Notes: generated from the sequence alone by a model not told the origin. A DNA stretch of 64,000 nt from an uncultured delta proteobacterium (GCA_963785235.1 CAWAUM010000005.1:224001-288000), one strand, 5' to 3'. Positions 32,057 to 42,210 are shown, numbered from the stretch's first letter. Numbers and translations are program-made.

Positions 32057-32097
32057 TCCTTCGCTCCTGATAGGAACCTCATATCGGGGGCGAAGGA
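32057..32097. terminator. Hairpin between convergent genes
   Basis: TCCTTCGCTCCTGATA...TATCGGGGGCGAAGGA stem with G-U pairs. Confidence 0.55.
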
Positions 32098-32139
32098 TTC
32101 TTGTATATCCTGTGATCAGCTGATCCCTTCTTTAATGGT

Positions 32140-33327
32140 TCATGAGTATTCAAGAAAATCAACGGCAATTGAAGCCAGCATCCTTAAGCCCACCTCAAGC
32201 GCACGCTCATCGATGGAAAAACGTGGATTGTGGTGCGGCTGGTTCAGTGTCGGGTCTGTGCTTCCAGCGCCTAAAAAAAAGTAGCACCCTGGGACTTCGC
32301 CTAGATAAAACGACATATCCTCACTTGCCATGGAAGGCGGCATCCAGATGACATTATCTTTATCAACTACGCCGGCTGCTATTCTCATGACCAGGTCAGT
32401 CATGGCCGCATCATTTACGGTGACAGGATATCCCTGGGTATATTCCAGCTCAAAGCCTCCATCTTTCGACGATGTTATATCCCGGAGAAATATCTCCATA
32501 ATGTCCTTGATGGATGCTCGGATGTTTTCGTCCAGGACCCTCACGGTGCCGGTGAGCTCCACCCTGTCGGTAACGATGTTGGGTGCCGTGCCTCCATGGA
32601 AGGTGCCGATGTTGACGATGAACCGGCATCCTTCCGGCAGCGACTTTTCCATGTATGCCTGAAGATTCGAGACAACCTCGGCGCCCATGCCGATGGCATC
32701 AACTGAGCCTCCCGGCATGGCGCTGTGGCCTGCACGGCCGAGTAACCGGATCGTGAAGATGTCTATGGACGCCATGAAGGCCCCTTTGCAGCAGCCGATA
32801 TAACCATAAGGTAATGGACTTATGAGATGCAGGCCGAATGCAGCATCCACATCCGGGTCTTTCAGCACCCCTTGTTCGATCATGATTTTTGCGCCGCCGA
32901 GATTTTCCTCTGCCGGCTGGAACACGAACTTGACCCGGCCTTTAAAGGAATCACGAAAACTGCTGAGCAGTTCTGCCGTACCGAGAAGGATTGCCATGTG
33001 ACCATCATGCCCGCACGCATGCATAACCCCCGGGGCGACAGAATGATAGTCTGTCTCATTCAGTTCCTGGATAGGTAATGCATCCATATCAGCCCTGAGC
33101 ATAACCGTTTTGCCCGGCGAGGCGCCATGGAGCAAACCGACAACCCCGGTGCCGGCGACACCTGTTGCCACCTCCAGGCCAAGCCCCTTGAGATATTCCG
33201 CAATGACCGAGGAGGTCCTTTTTTCCTCAAAACCCAGTTCCGGGTGCTGATGGAAATCCCTTCGAAGCCGGATTACTGTCTCTGAAAGGCGCGATGCCAT
33301 CTCGTGGATGGATGTCTGTGATATCAT
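32140..33327 (-). CDS. M20 family amidohydrolase
   Basis: HPELGFEE, RADMDALP, MHACGHD, QPAEE, HHNPRF. Confidence 0.93.
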   Translation of the reverse strand: MISQTSIHEMASRLSETVIRLRRDFHQHPELGFEEKRTSSVIAEYLKGLGLEVATGVAGTGVVGLLHGASPGKTVMLRADMDALPIQELNETDYHSVAPGVMHACGHDGHMAILLGTAELLSSFRDSFKGRVKFVFQPAEENLGGAKIMIEQGVLKDPDVDAAFGLHLISPLPYGYIGCCKGAFMASIDIFTIRLLGRAGHSAMPGGSVDAIGMGAEVVSNLQAYMEKSLPEGCRFIVNIGTFHGGTAPNIVTDRVELTGTVRVLDENIRASIKDIMEIFLRDITSSKDGGFELEYTQGYPVTVNDAAMTDLVMRIAAGVVDKDNVIWMPPSMASEDMSFYLGEVPGCYFFLGAGSTDPTLNQPHHNPRFSIDERALEVGLRMLASIAVDFLEYS

Positions 33328-33448
33328 CCTCGGATACCTCCGTCATATTCGTGCGAGCCCTCATGAAATCATTCAGTGCATTATACCTGCATCGGGTTCT
33401 CAAGCAAAGGGTTGGCATTTGAGAAAATAATTTTATAATAAGGATATC

Positions 33449-34987
33449 ATGAATGGAGCGGACCTGATTCTTATGGGAGCAAAAGCGAATGGGATCAACA
33501 TGTGCTTTGCCAATCCGGGGACTACCGAGATACCTCTTGTTGCCGCCCTTGATAATGTGAGCGATGTCCGCACAGTCCTGTGCCTGTATGAAGGCGTGTG
33601 TACAGGCGCAGCAGACGGCTATGCCAGGATGCTTGATAAACCGGCCATGGTATTGCTCCACCTGGGACCCGGACTCGCCAACGGGACGTCCAACCTGCAC
33701 AATGCCCGCAGGGCCCATACACCTATTGTTACTGTTGTAGGTCAGCATTCAACCTGGCACCTCCCGTTGGATCCACCCCTTGCCATGGACATTGAAGCGA
33801 TCGCATCAGCAACGGCCGGCTGGCAGCGCACCTGTCGTTCAACAGATGACCTGGGTAAGGACATGGCAGATGCGATCTCAGCGGCTTATGAAGGCCTGGG
33901 CGCAGTTTTGATCGTGCCATATGACCTGCAGATGGAAAAAACTCATGAGAAAGTAATCGAGCTGAAGGCACAGGGACTCCATGCTGTGGATCAGGCAAGG
34001 GTCGAAGATTCAGCCCGATTTTTACGCTCATATCCCAAAACAGCACTTGTTCTTGGCGGCAAAGTACTCAGGAGGGAAGGGCTCATAGCTGCCGCACGTA
34101 TCAAGGATAAAATTGGGTGTGATCTCCTGTGCGAAGGTTTCCCTGCCAGAATGGAAAGGGGTGCCGGCCTTCCTGATGTTACCCGGATACCCTATCTTCC
34201 GGAAACGGCCATGGAAGTGCTTGGTCATTACGAGGCATTCTTATTTGCTGGTGCTGATGAGCCTGTTGCATTTTTTGGTTACCAAGGTGTGCCGGGCCAT
34301 CTTCTCAATGACGGCCAGAAGAGATTGCATCTCGTGGAGCCACACAAAGATGCCACCAAGGCCATGATTTGTCTGGCTGATATCCTTGGGGCACCTGCGA
34401 CTCCAGCTGAAAATATTCTCACCAAACCAACAAGGCCTCCCATGCCGACAGGCGCCCTGAGCGGTGATAAGGCCTGCGCCGTGCTGGCTGCACTCCAACC
34501 GGAGTCCGCTATCGTGGTGGATGAGTCTATTACGAACAGCATCTGGTATTACCCCCTGACAGCCTCAGTGCCGCCTTTTTCTTTGCTCACGCTGACCGGA
34601 GGATCATTAGGACAGGGACCTGCCTGTGCAGTAGGGGCTGCCATGGCCTGTCCTGACAGGCCGGTAATCAATATACAGGCGGACGGATCAGCGATGTACA
34701 CCGTGCAGGCCTTCTGGACGCAGGCTCGCGAGCACCTGAATGTGACGACGCTCATTTTCTCGAACAGGAGTTACGACATCCTGAAATTGGAACTTGCACG
34801 CTTCGGAGTTCATGCATCAGGCCCGGCGGCTTCAAGGCTGACCGACCTTGCAGGCATAGACTGGGTTTGTCTCGGCAAGGCTTTTGGCGTGGCCTCTGTT
34901 GCAGTGAACACAGCCGAAGGGCTAGCAGCAGAATTTTCAAATGCACTTCACGAGGACGGTCCGCATCTGATCCAGATGAATATCTAG
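33449..34987 (+). CDS. Thiamine-diphosphate enzyme, acetolactate synthase large-subunit-like
   Basis: FANPGTTE, GAADGYAR and ADGSAMY..N TPP motif. Confidence 0.88.
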   Translation: MNGADLILMGAKANGINMCFANPGTTEIPLVAALDNVSDVRTVLCLYEGVCTGAADGYARMLDKPAMVLLHLGPGLANGTSNLHNARRAHTPIVTVVGQHSTWHLPLDPPLAMDIEAIASATAGWQRTCRSTDDLGKDMADAISAAYEGLGAVLIVPYDLQMEKTHEKVIELKAQGLHAVDQARVEDSARFLRSYPKTALVLGGKVLRREGLIAAARIKDKIGCDLLCEGFPARMERGAGLPDVTRIPYLPETAMEVLGHYEAFLFAGADEPVAFFGYQGVPGHLLNDGQKRLHLVEPHKDATKAMICLADILGAPATPAENILTKPTRPPMPTGALSGDKACAVLAALQPESAIVVDESITNSIWYYPLTASVPPFSLLTLTGGSLGQGPACAVGAAMACPDRPVINIQADGSAMYTVQAFWTQAREHLNVTTLIFSNRSYDILKLELARFGVHASGPAASRLTDLAGIDWVCLGKAFGVASVAVNTAEGLAAEFSNALHEDGPHLIQMNI

Positions 34988-35114
34988 TCCGGCATGTTCG
35001 AGCCCGCAATGATATGGGTATGCCGTACCAATCTTTAAACCTGAGCCTTTCACCTTTTCTTTATGTGTCTGATATGCTACCCGGATTTTGCGTTGAGGAT
35101 GTGTAAAAACTTTA

Positions 35115-35200
35115 TCCGTTAAAATCAGTCATCTTGCAGCCTTTAAGGACCGGGATAATTAGCATTCTCCTGAGGCTGCAAGATCACTGATTTTAACGGA
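35115..35200. repeat. ~85-bp palindromic element (MITE/REP-like), copy 1
   Basis: 28-bp arms TCCGTTAAAATCAGTCATCTTGCAGCCT / AGGCTGCAAGATCACTGATTTTAACGGA, 1 mismatch. Confidence 0.85.
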
Positions 35201-35268
35201 CCTATGTAAAGACCATGAGTCCTATGCTTAAGCCATTCATGATGTGCACAGAGTGTTCATGAGCGCTT

Positions 35269-35568
35269 TCAATTGCAAAATCCGAATTTAACAGGACCTG
35301 TCTTGATGGCGCAGGATACCTCCAGCGCATTTGTTGATGGCGTATCTTTTTCGCCAGGGGCATGAAAAGTTCCTATGCTCACCGCATCGAGCTGCCACGG
35401 CAGGGCTTTCTCTCCACTCTTGTCTTTCATCTGACAGCTTGATATGGCCCCAGCGTTCATCAATGAAGCAGTAAAAGTCGTACAACCATTATTGAATGAA
35501 CTGAACAGAAGGATCAGGAACATGACGACACCGATGAATATACCCATGACCAGATACGTTGACCGCAT
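35269..35568 (-). CDS. Small membrane-anchored hypothetical protein
   Basis: AAGGAGG RBS, N-terminal TM helix, 4 Cys. Confidence 0.6.
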   Translation of the reverse strand: MRSTYLVMGIFIGVVMFLILLFSSFNNGCTTFTASLMNAGAISSCQMKDKSGEKALPWQLDAVSIGTFHAPGEKDTPSTNALEVSCAIKTGPVKFGFCN

Positions 35569-35658
35569 AACTGTTACCTCCTTCCCTTAGGCTTGTAAGG
35601 ATGATACCATGGCATCGTTCCATATTACGGAATGTGAAACTCACAAGAGGAAAATAAT

Positions 35659-36669
35659 ATGCCTGATAAAATAAGCCCTTACGCATCCTATGGGGAAAAG
35701 ATCATCAAGCTTTTTGCAAAACTTCTTTTCTCGGGCCAGAGTTACTCTCTTACAGAACTGAGCCGCATGCTGGTGTGTTCAAAGCAGACCGTGCTCAGGC
35801 TCATGGATGATATCCGCCGTTCCTATGGAGTGGAGATCGAAGAGACCGTTCTCGAGAGGAACAAATACTACCGGCTCAAGAAGGCAGGCAAGGTGCCGCC
35901 GGCGCTGGCACTCACAGGCAGTGAAATGAGTGTGCTGCTCATGTGCCAGGCATTCGCTCGACACCTCTTGGGCAGTGCGCTGTTTGAGGAGGCATCTACG
36001 GCATTAGAGAAAAACCGGGCACTCTCAGGCCCGACACCCGATAACACGGAGCATCATTTCACCTCTTACAAACCCGGCAGCATTGACTATACACCTCATG
36101 AGGAAAGCATCAAGACACTGCTCAAGGCCATGGAGCACAGAACGATATGCAAGGTGATCTACCGCTCTCTCTTATCCATCAAGTCCAAGACCTTTCTTAT
36201 TATGCCCCTGAAGATTTTTTCTCACAACGACTCCATGTATCTCAGCGCAAGGTTTGCAGGTAAACCGGGAAAGCCCGATACCAGGCGCGAGTATGACCCG
36301 CTCCTTGCCGTGCACAGGTTGAAGATGGTTGAGATGACTGATCGGTCCTTCGAGTTTCCCACAGACTACGACTTTGAGCAGATCTACAACCGCAACTTCG
36401 GCATCATTAAGGACAGTGCCTTTCATGCTGAGGTCGAGTTCACCGGACTATCGGCCAGATATGTAGCTGAGCGGATGTGGAGCCCTGACCAGCGTATTCT
36501 TCGGGTTGATGACTCAACCATAAGGATAACATTCTCTGCGTCCTCGGATAAAGAACTGATCTCCTGGCTGTTGTCTTTTGGAGAGGAGGCAAGGCTTATC
36601 GAACCTCAAAGACTTGTTGACAGTACAAAGGCAATGCTTATGAAGATGGAAGCTCTTTATACAAGTTGA
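35659..36669 (+). CDS. WYL-domain transcriptional regulator (HTH-WYL-WCX)
   Basis: N-terminal HTH (LTELSRMLVCSKQTVLR), MYL/LAVHRL, C-terminal WLLSFG..LIEP. Confidence 0.88.
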   Translation: MPDKISPYASYGEKIIKLFAKLLFSGQSYSLTELSRMLVCSKQTVLRLMDDIRRSYGVEIEETVLERNKYYRLKKAGKVPPALALTGSEMSVLLMCQAFARHLLGSALFEEASTALEKNRALSGPTPDNTEHHFTSYKPGSIDYTPHEESIKTLLKAMEHRTICKVIYRSLLSIKSKTFLIMPLKIFSHNDSMYLSARFAGKPGKPDTRREYDPLLAVHRLKMVEMTDRSFEFPTDYDFEQIYNRNFGIIKDSAFHAEVEFTGLSARYVAERMWSPDQRILRVDDSTIRITFSASSDKELISWLLSFGEEARLIEPQRLVDSTKAMLMKMEALYTS

Positions 36670-36755
36670 TCAAGTCAGAGCTGATGATAAATCCGGATGT
36701 TGTATGTAAGATGTGTAAAAACCTGATCTGTTCAAAACCAAATGCAAAATCCCGT

Positions 36756-37613
36756 TTAACTGGTAATAAACTCCACAATCAGACGATTGACCGCCTCGGG
36801 GCACTCCTCATGCGCGGAATGACCGCAATCTCTGATAATCTCCACCTTGAGATTTTTCAATTTTTCCCTGAACCGGTTTACAAGCCCCACATCCAGATAA
36901 CGATCCTGCTCACCCCAGATGAGAAGGGCTTGATTTCCAAGCTCTCCCAGGTGCCTGTCAACCTCTGCCCAGGAAAGATTGCGGGCAAGCAAAGCCTGTG
37001 CATGGCGATTGGCGGGTATTTTAAGCGGCAGGTGCACTTCAAGGGCCATGGCATCATCTACAATGCCCTTTTTGAAAAAAGAAAGTTCCAGCCTCGTTTT
37101 AATCAGATCAAGGGTAAGGAATCTCAGGAGCAGGTTCCCTACAATGGGCATCTTCAGGATTTCCCATTCAAAGACATCCGGAACATCCAGACCGCTGGAG
37201 TTGATGAGTACTATCTGGTCTACCCTCTCGGGATATGCCAGTGCATAGGCCAAGGCCCAGCCCCCGCCCCATGAATGACCCACGAGGGTCGCCTTGTCCA
37301 TGTGCAGCGCATCCATGAATTCCTTTAAGGCCAGAGGCATGGTGTCAGTCCCCATGCCAAGAGAAGGGTCGGTTATGCTGGTGTAGCCGTACCCGGGCAT
37401 ATCAAGGGCATGCACGGAAGAGATCTTTGATAGAGGCACGAGATTGTGCCTGAAGGAATAGAGCCACATCCCTCCACCATGAATAAGGATTATCGGTTTT
37501 CCTGAACCGGCATGGAGGTAGTGAAAGAGGAAATTCCTTGTTTTAAGAAATTGAGATGCATTTGCCTGAAGGTAGTTTGACCGGTTCATGATCCGCTTAG
37601 TGTGGCTGTCCAT
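36756..37613 (-). CDS. Alpha/beta hydrolase
   Basis: HGGG, GHSWGG nucleophile elbow, GEQD, CGH. Confidence 0.9.
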   Translation of the reverse strand: MDSHTKRIMNRSNYLQANASQFLKTRNFLFHYLHAGSGKPIILIHGGGMWLYSFRHNLVPLSKISSVHALDMPGYGYTSITDPSLGMGTDTMPLALKEFMDALHMDKATLVGHSWGGGWALAYALAYPERVDQIVLINSSGLDVPDVFEWEILKMPIVGNLLLRFLTLDLIKTRLELSFFKKGIVDDAMALEVHLPLKIPANRHAQALLARNLSWAEVDRHLGELGNQALLIWGEQDRYLDVGLVNRFREKLKNLKVEIIRDCGHSAHEECPEAVNRLIVEFITS

Positions 37614-37683
37614 ATGTAGTTTATACCCACCTTGCATCAGGCATCATAATACATCATTTGGTTTAAAAAATATCTGTAAGACC

Positions 37684-37721
37684 TTGACAGGAGATTGTAG
37701 TTTCGTATTACATGGTAATAC
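37684..37721 (+). promoter_or_regulatory. Sigma-70 promoter overlapped by a palindromic operator
   Basis: TTGACA at 37684; perfect GTATTAC-N3-GTAATAC at 37705-37721 over the -10 region. Confidence 0.7.
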
Positions 37722-37747
37722 CATTGCGGTGCAGGAGGTTCTCATCT

Positions 37748-38017
37748 ATGAAAAAACCCGGGATAATCACCTTTAAGGTTGATGAAGGATTCTATGAAGT
37801 GATCAGAAACATGCCCAACAGATCAGAATTCATAAGGAATGCGGTATTGACCGCACTCGGGAATATCTGCCCGCTCTGCAATGGCACGGGGATCCTTTCG
37901 GCAAAGCAGAAGCAGCACTGGGATGACTTCGCAACAAACCATAAGATTCAGACCTGCAATGAGTGCCAGGAAAGTTACCTGGTGTGCGGGGGGCAGCAGG
38001 TAGGGAACATTGGATAA
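37748..38017 (+). CDS. Ribbon-helix-helix (CopG-like) regulator with Cys-rich Zn-ribbon
   Basis: IITFKVD beta strand, NRSEFIRNAV helix B, CPLCNG and CNEC; overlaps the znuA start. Confidence 0.8.
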   Translation: MKKPGIITFKVDEGFYEVIRNMPNRSEFIRNAVLTALGNICPLCNGTGILSAKQKQHWDDFATNHKIQTCNECQESYLVCGGQQVGNIG

Positions 38018-38951
38018 AAAAATAATATCCTTTATAATCATACTACTGGCCTTGGGTGCCCTTGTTTACCTTGTTGCGCTCAGGAATTCCAAACCGGCAG
38101 AGAAAGCGCCTTCACTTAAGATCAAGGTTGTGACCACGCTCTTCCCGCTCTATGATTTTGCGAAGAATATCGGCAGGGAAAAGGTGGAAGTTTCACTGTT
38201 GCTGCCCCCCGGGGTAGAGGCCCATTCCTTTGAACCGAAACCGAGCGACCTGGTCAGGGTTAACGAAGCGGATGTTTTCATCTACACGGGAAAATTCATG
38301 GAACCCTGGGCTGAGGATATTATCAGGAGCGCTACCAATAGAAATCTTATTATAGTCGATTCCAGTCAAGGGATTAAGATGATCCCCGGTGTGTTTCATG
38401 ATGCCGATGAACCGGCTGGATCGCTTGACCCGCACATCTGGCTTGATTTTGATAATGCGAAAATAATAGTTGGTAATATTCTACATGCCCTGGTAACCAA
38501 AGACCCCGCAAACATAAATAGGTATAAACAGAACTCGGATGATTACTGCAAGAAGCTGACAGACCTGGATTCTTCTTATAAGACCGCCCTCGCTTCATGC
38601 AAAAACAATGAGATCGTTTACGGGGGCCATTATGCCTTCGGCTACCTGGCCCATCGCTACGCCTTGAAATATCTGGCCGCACAAGGGTTTTCGCCGGATG
38701 CCGAACCAACTGCCAAGGACCTGTCCAAGCTGGTGGAGCAGATCAGAAAAGACAACATAAGGTATGTTTTTTTCGAAGAGCTCACCAGCCCAAAGATTGC
38801 AGAAACTGTTGCCAATGAAACCAACACCAAATTGCTGCTGCTCAATGCTGCCCATAATGTCACCAGAGATCAGTTTGTGCAAGGAGCCTCTTTCCTTGAT
38901 ATTATGAAAGGCAATCTTGATAATCTTAAAGTTGGTCTAGGATGCCCATAA
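38010..38951 (+). CDS. znuA: Zn/Mn ABC substrate-binding protein
   Basis: EAHSFEP, DPHIWL, HYAFGYL. Confidence 0.85.
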   Translation: MDKKIISFIIILLALGALVYLVALRNSKPAEKAPSLKIKVVTTLFPLYDFAKNIGREKVEVSLLLPPGVEAHSFEPKPSDLVRVNEADVFIYTGKFMEPWAEDIIRSATNRNLIIVDSSQGIKMIPGVFHDADEPAGSLDPHIWLDFDNAKIIVGNILHALVTKDPANINRYKQNSDDYCKKLTDLDSSYKTALASCKNNEIVYGGHYAFGYLAHRYALKYLAAQGFSPDAEPTAKDLSKLVEQIRKDNIRYVFFEELTSPKIAETVANETNTKLLLLNAAHNVTRDQFVQGASFLDIMKGNLDNLKVGLGCP

Positions 38952-38952
38952 T

Positions 38953-39705
38953 ATGAATCACATCTTATCAGTACATAATTTATGTGCAGGCTATGGGCAG
39001 GGTGAAGTACTGCACAACATTTCTTTTGCCGTGGATAAAAATGACTATATCGCCCTGGCAGGACCGAACGGCGCAGGCAAGACCACCCTTGTAAAAACAC
39101 TCCTGGGCCTCACGGACAGATATACGGGCACGGCAGAGATATTCGGCCGGGATATCAGGGGATATGAAGGGTGGGACCGTATCGGGTACCTGCCCCAGAG
39201 GGTGAATGCCTTTAACCAGCTTTTTCCTGCCACGGTTAAAGAGGTGGTCGGCCTGGGGTTATTATCACAGAAGCGCTTCCCAAAAAGATTCACCAGGGAT
39301 GATGTGACGAAAATCAAACAGACGCTTGATCTGATGGATCTGGCTGATCTTCAGGACAAGATCATCGGCGAACTTTCGGGCGGCCAGCAGCAGAGGATAT
39401 TCCTTGCCCGGTCCCTGGTGTCCAACCCTGATCTCCTCATTCTGGACGAACCCAGCACTGCCCTGGACCCGCCATCCCGAGAAAGTTTCTTCGAGCTTTT
39501 GAAAAAATTAAACATGAGCAAAGGGATTACAATCATCCTTATAACGCATGACATTTCCCAGATAGGAGAATATGCCAATAAACTATTATATCTAGATAAA
39601 AAGATTGTGTTCTATGGGAGCTTTGCCGACTTCTGCCATTCAGAGGAAATGAGCCATTACTTCGGACGGTTTTCTCAACACCTGATCTGCCACCAGCATA
39701 ACTGA
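38953..39705 (+). CDS. znuC: Metal ABC ATPase
   Basis: GPNGAGKT, IGYLPQ, LSGGQQQR, C-terminal HLICHQH. Confidence 0.85.
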   Translation: MNHILSVHNLCAGYGQGEVLHNISFAVDKNDYIALAGPNGAGKTTLVKTLLGLTDRYTGTAEIFGRDIRGYEGWDRIGYLPQRVNAFNQLFPATVKEVVGLGLLSQKRFPKRFTRDDVTKIKQTLDLMDLADLQDKIIGELSGGQQQRIFLARSLVSNPDLLILDEPSTALDPPSRESFFELLKKLNMSKGITIILITHDISQIGEYANKLLYLDKKIVFYGSFADFCHSEEMSHYFGRFSQHLICHQHN

Positions 39706-39706
39706 A

Positions 39707-40519
39707 ATGACATTCCTTCATTTTCTCAGCTACACATTCATCCAGAAGGCATATCTTGCCGGGGCCTCTATTGCCGTGCTCTGCGCCATTCTTGGTCTTT
39801 TCCTTGTACTCAGGAAATTATCCTTGATCGGTGACGGCCTTGCCCATGTCAGTTTCGGGGCCATTGCACTCGGGCTATTTTTCGGGTTTTACCCTTTCTA
39901 CGTGGCGATCCCGGTGGTCCTCGCCGGTTCCTATTTCATCCTGCGGCTGACCGAGAGGGCAAAGATCTATGGCGATGCCGCCATCGGTATTGTATCTTCC
40001 ATAGGGATTGCAAGCGGTGTTATCCTGGCAAGCATTTCAAAAGGATTCAATGTTGATTTGTTCAGCTACTTGTTCGGCAATATACTGGCAATCAGCACCC
40101 AGGAGGTTTATTTATCCCTGGGACTGTCTATCGTAGTGGTGCTGATAATTTTATTGCTTTACAACGATCTTCTTTCAGTCACCTTTGATGAAGAATTTGC
40201 CAAGCTCACCGGGGTAAAAACAGATCGTATTAATCTGGTCTTAACCTTTCTTACCGCCATAACGGTTGTCCTGGCAATCAAGGTAGTCGGCATCATGCTG
40301 GTTTCCGCCTTGCTCATCCTGCCGGCAGTTACCGCCCTGCAGCTGGCCAGGGGTTTCAAGGCTGCAATGCTCATCTCCACTATGGATGCTTTTCTCTCAG
40401 TATTGTTCGGGATAACACTCTCTTTCTTTTTGGATATCCCGGCAGGTGCCACGATTGTTTTGATTAATGCTGCCTTTTTTGCAATAGCTCTATTGTACAA
40501 AAAGTCCATGAAGGTGTAG
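39707..40519 (+). CDS. znuB: Metal ABC permease
   Basis: SLIGDGLAH, YLFGNIL, VVGIMLVSALLILP. Confidence 0.88.
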   Translation: MTFLHFLSYTFIQKAYLAGASIAVLCAILGLFLVLRKLSLIGDGLAHVSFGAIALGLFFGFYPFYVAIPVVLAGSYFILRLTERAKIYGDAAIGIVSSIGIASGVILASISKGFNVDLFSYLFGNILAISTQEVYLSLGLSIVVVLIILLLYNDLLSVTFDEEFAKLTGVKTDRINLVLTFLTAITVVLAIKVVGIMLVSALLILPAVTALQLARGFKAAMLISTMDAFLSVLFGITLSFFLDIPAGATIVLINAAFFAIALLYKKSMKV

Positions 40520-40585
40520 ATTCAATGCATAGATTTACCGTACTGAAATAGCTTTAGAATTCCTTCTTTGAGGGATAAACCACAA

Positions 40586-41479
40586 ATGAAGAATAAGACT
40601 TCTATCTTGACGGTAATTCAAGTGATTCTCTTCATTTCGGCATGGTCTTGCCTAGTAGCCTTTGTGCCACAGAACAGCAGGTCGGCATCGCAGGGAAGCT
40701 CCATGATCACCATCGGCAGCGATGTTGTGGTCAATGAGGGAGTGGAGGTGAACAAGGCAATATCCTTCGGAGGCAATGTCAAAGTATATGGGCATGTAAG
40801 GAGAGATGCAGTGTCCGTAGGAGGGTCGGTCTACCTCGGGCCGGACTCGTCTGTAGAGGGAAATGTCATATCCATCGGCGGCACTGTGGAGCGGGAACCA
40901 GGATCGCGTGTGGGCGGCGAAGTGACTATTGTTGATGCCACAGGTTTGAGATCATGGTTATCCTGGTTGCCGAGACAGGCAGTAACCGGCATTAAAGAGC
41001 TATGGGAAAATATTGGATGGCCGTCATCTCTGGCATTCGTCTTGGTTGCGCTCCTGATTGTAGCAGCGATGCCTGCGGGCATAGGTTCAATATCCTTCCA
41101 GCTCGAGAATAACACTGCCCGTGCAATCCTTACGGGCGTTATCGGCTCAATCCTCATCTTCCCCATCGTGTTCTTTCTTTTCATATCCATAGCTGGAATC
41201 GTCATGATCCCGGTCTTGATGATGCTCTTCAGCTGCGCCTTGATATTAGGCTACATAGCTGTGGCCCAACTCATAGGAAAAAGAATTACTATCTTAGTGA
41301 ATAAGCCGGACAGGCATATTCTTGTTGAAACAATCATCGGCCTTGCAGCCCTTTTAGCCATAGGCCTTATACCCCTTGCAGGGTGGTTTATTAAGGGCTC
41401 GGCGATGTTCCTGGGCTTTGGGGGAGTGATGAGTGCACTCACAACGGGACATAGGAAGAACCAGTCAGCAATGAATTGA
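40586..41479 (+). CDS. Membrane protein with N-terminal bactofilin-like beta-helix repeats
   Basis: Repeated (S)xGGxV..G.V motifs followed by multiple TM helices. Confidence 0.7.
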   Translation: MKNKTSILTVIQVILFISAWSCLVAFVPQNSRSASQGSSMITIGSDVVVNEGVEVNKAISFGGNVKVYGHVRRDAVSVGGSVYLGPDSSVEGNVISIGGTVEREPGSRVGGEVTIVDATGLRSWLSWLPRQAVTGIKELWENIGWPSSLAFVLVALLIVAAMPAGIGSISFQLENNTARAILTGVIGSILIFPIVFFLFISIAGIVMIPVLMMLFSCALILGYIAVAQLIGKRITILVNKPDRHILVETIIGLAALLAIGLIPLAGWFIKGSAMFLGFGGVMSALTTGHRKNQSAMN

Positions 41480-41546
41480 AAGGTTGCAGGTCAGGTGGCC
41501 TTAAGCATAAAACTCATAGTGATCATAGAATTGATTTTTAAACAGG

Positions 41547-41630
41547 TCCGTTCAAACCACAATCTTGCAGCCATCAAGACCGATAAAATCATTGCTCAAC
41601 AAAGGCTGCAAGATTGTGGTTTTGAATGGA
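41547..41630. repeat. ~85-bp palindromic element, copy 2
   Basis: TCCGTTCAAACCACAATCTTGCAGCC / GGCTGCAAGATTGTGGTTTTGAATGGA. Confidence 0.85.
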
Positions 41631-41667
41631 TTAGGTTTTTACTCCTCATAAACGCGAACGTATAAAC

Positions 41668-42054
41668 TTATTCCCCTGATCCTATCAGCGGCAGCACCTT
41701 GTCTATCCTGAACGTGACGAGATATTTATTTTCTATGTAGTTTTCATCATGAACAATATAGTGTTTATTCCTCCTGAGGGTATTGATTAAATCGGTATTC
41801 ATTTCCTCTTTGATCTTGGTAATGTAGAGTCTCTTCCCTATATATTTATCGCCATTTTCCATATACAGATATGTTGCATGGGGGTTCGTCTTCAGGTTAT
41901 CGTGTGAAAGCTTTTCGGACATTATGAATGAAACAGTATCTTCATTCATGAAGTGCGGCCGGGCATACACCGCGGCGTTTACATATCCTGATGAATCGGC
42001 TGTTGCCAGTACACCTTTTCCTTTGATGTTCTCAAAATATTCTGAAAGTTTCAT
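41668..42054 (-). CDS. Pyridoxamine 5'-phosphate oxidase-like FMN-binding protein
   Basis: GVLATAD..G.VNAAVYARP, NLKTNPHA; AGGAG RBS. Confidence 0.85.
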   Translation of the reverse strand: MKLSEYFENIKGKGVLATADSSGYVNAAVYARPHFMNEDTVSFIMSEKLSHDNLKTNPHATYLYMENGDKYIGKRLYITKIKEEMNTDLINTLRRNKHYIVHDENYIENKYLVTFRIDKVLPLIGSGE

Positions 42055-42153
42055 TTTAAAACTCCTTTCATGTTTTATCTCTATAAAATAGGGGTTTGTA
42101 ATGCGAAAATCAAATAGGTGTATGGTTTTTACACTTCCTATACACAAAATTGG

Positions 42154-42210
42154 GTTAAAAAAATAGGATGGCGGTTAGGGCATAGGACGCGCCATCCTTA
42201 AGAGGAGGTT
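42154..42210 (-). terminator. Intrinsic terminator-like hairpin preceded by CCTCCT
   Basis: Minus strand AACCTCCTCTT-AAGGATGGCG..CGCCATCCT-ATTTTTTT. Confidence 0.5.
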
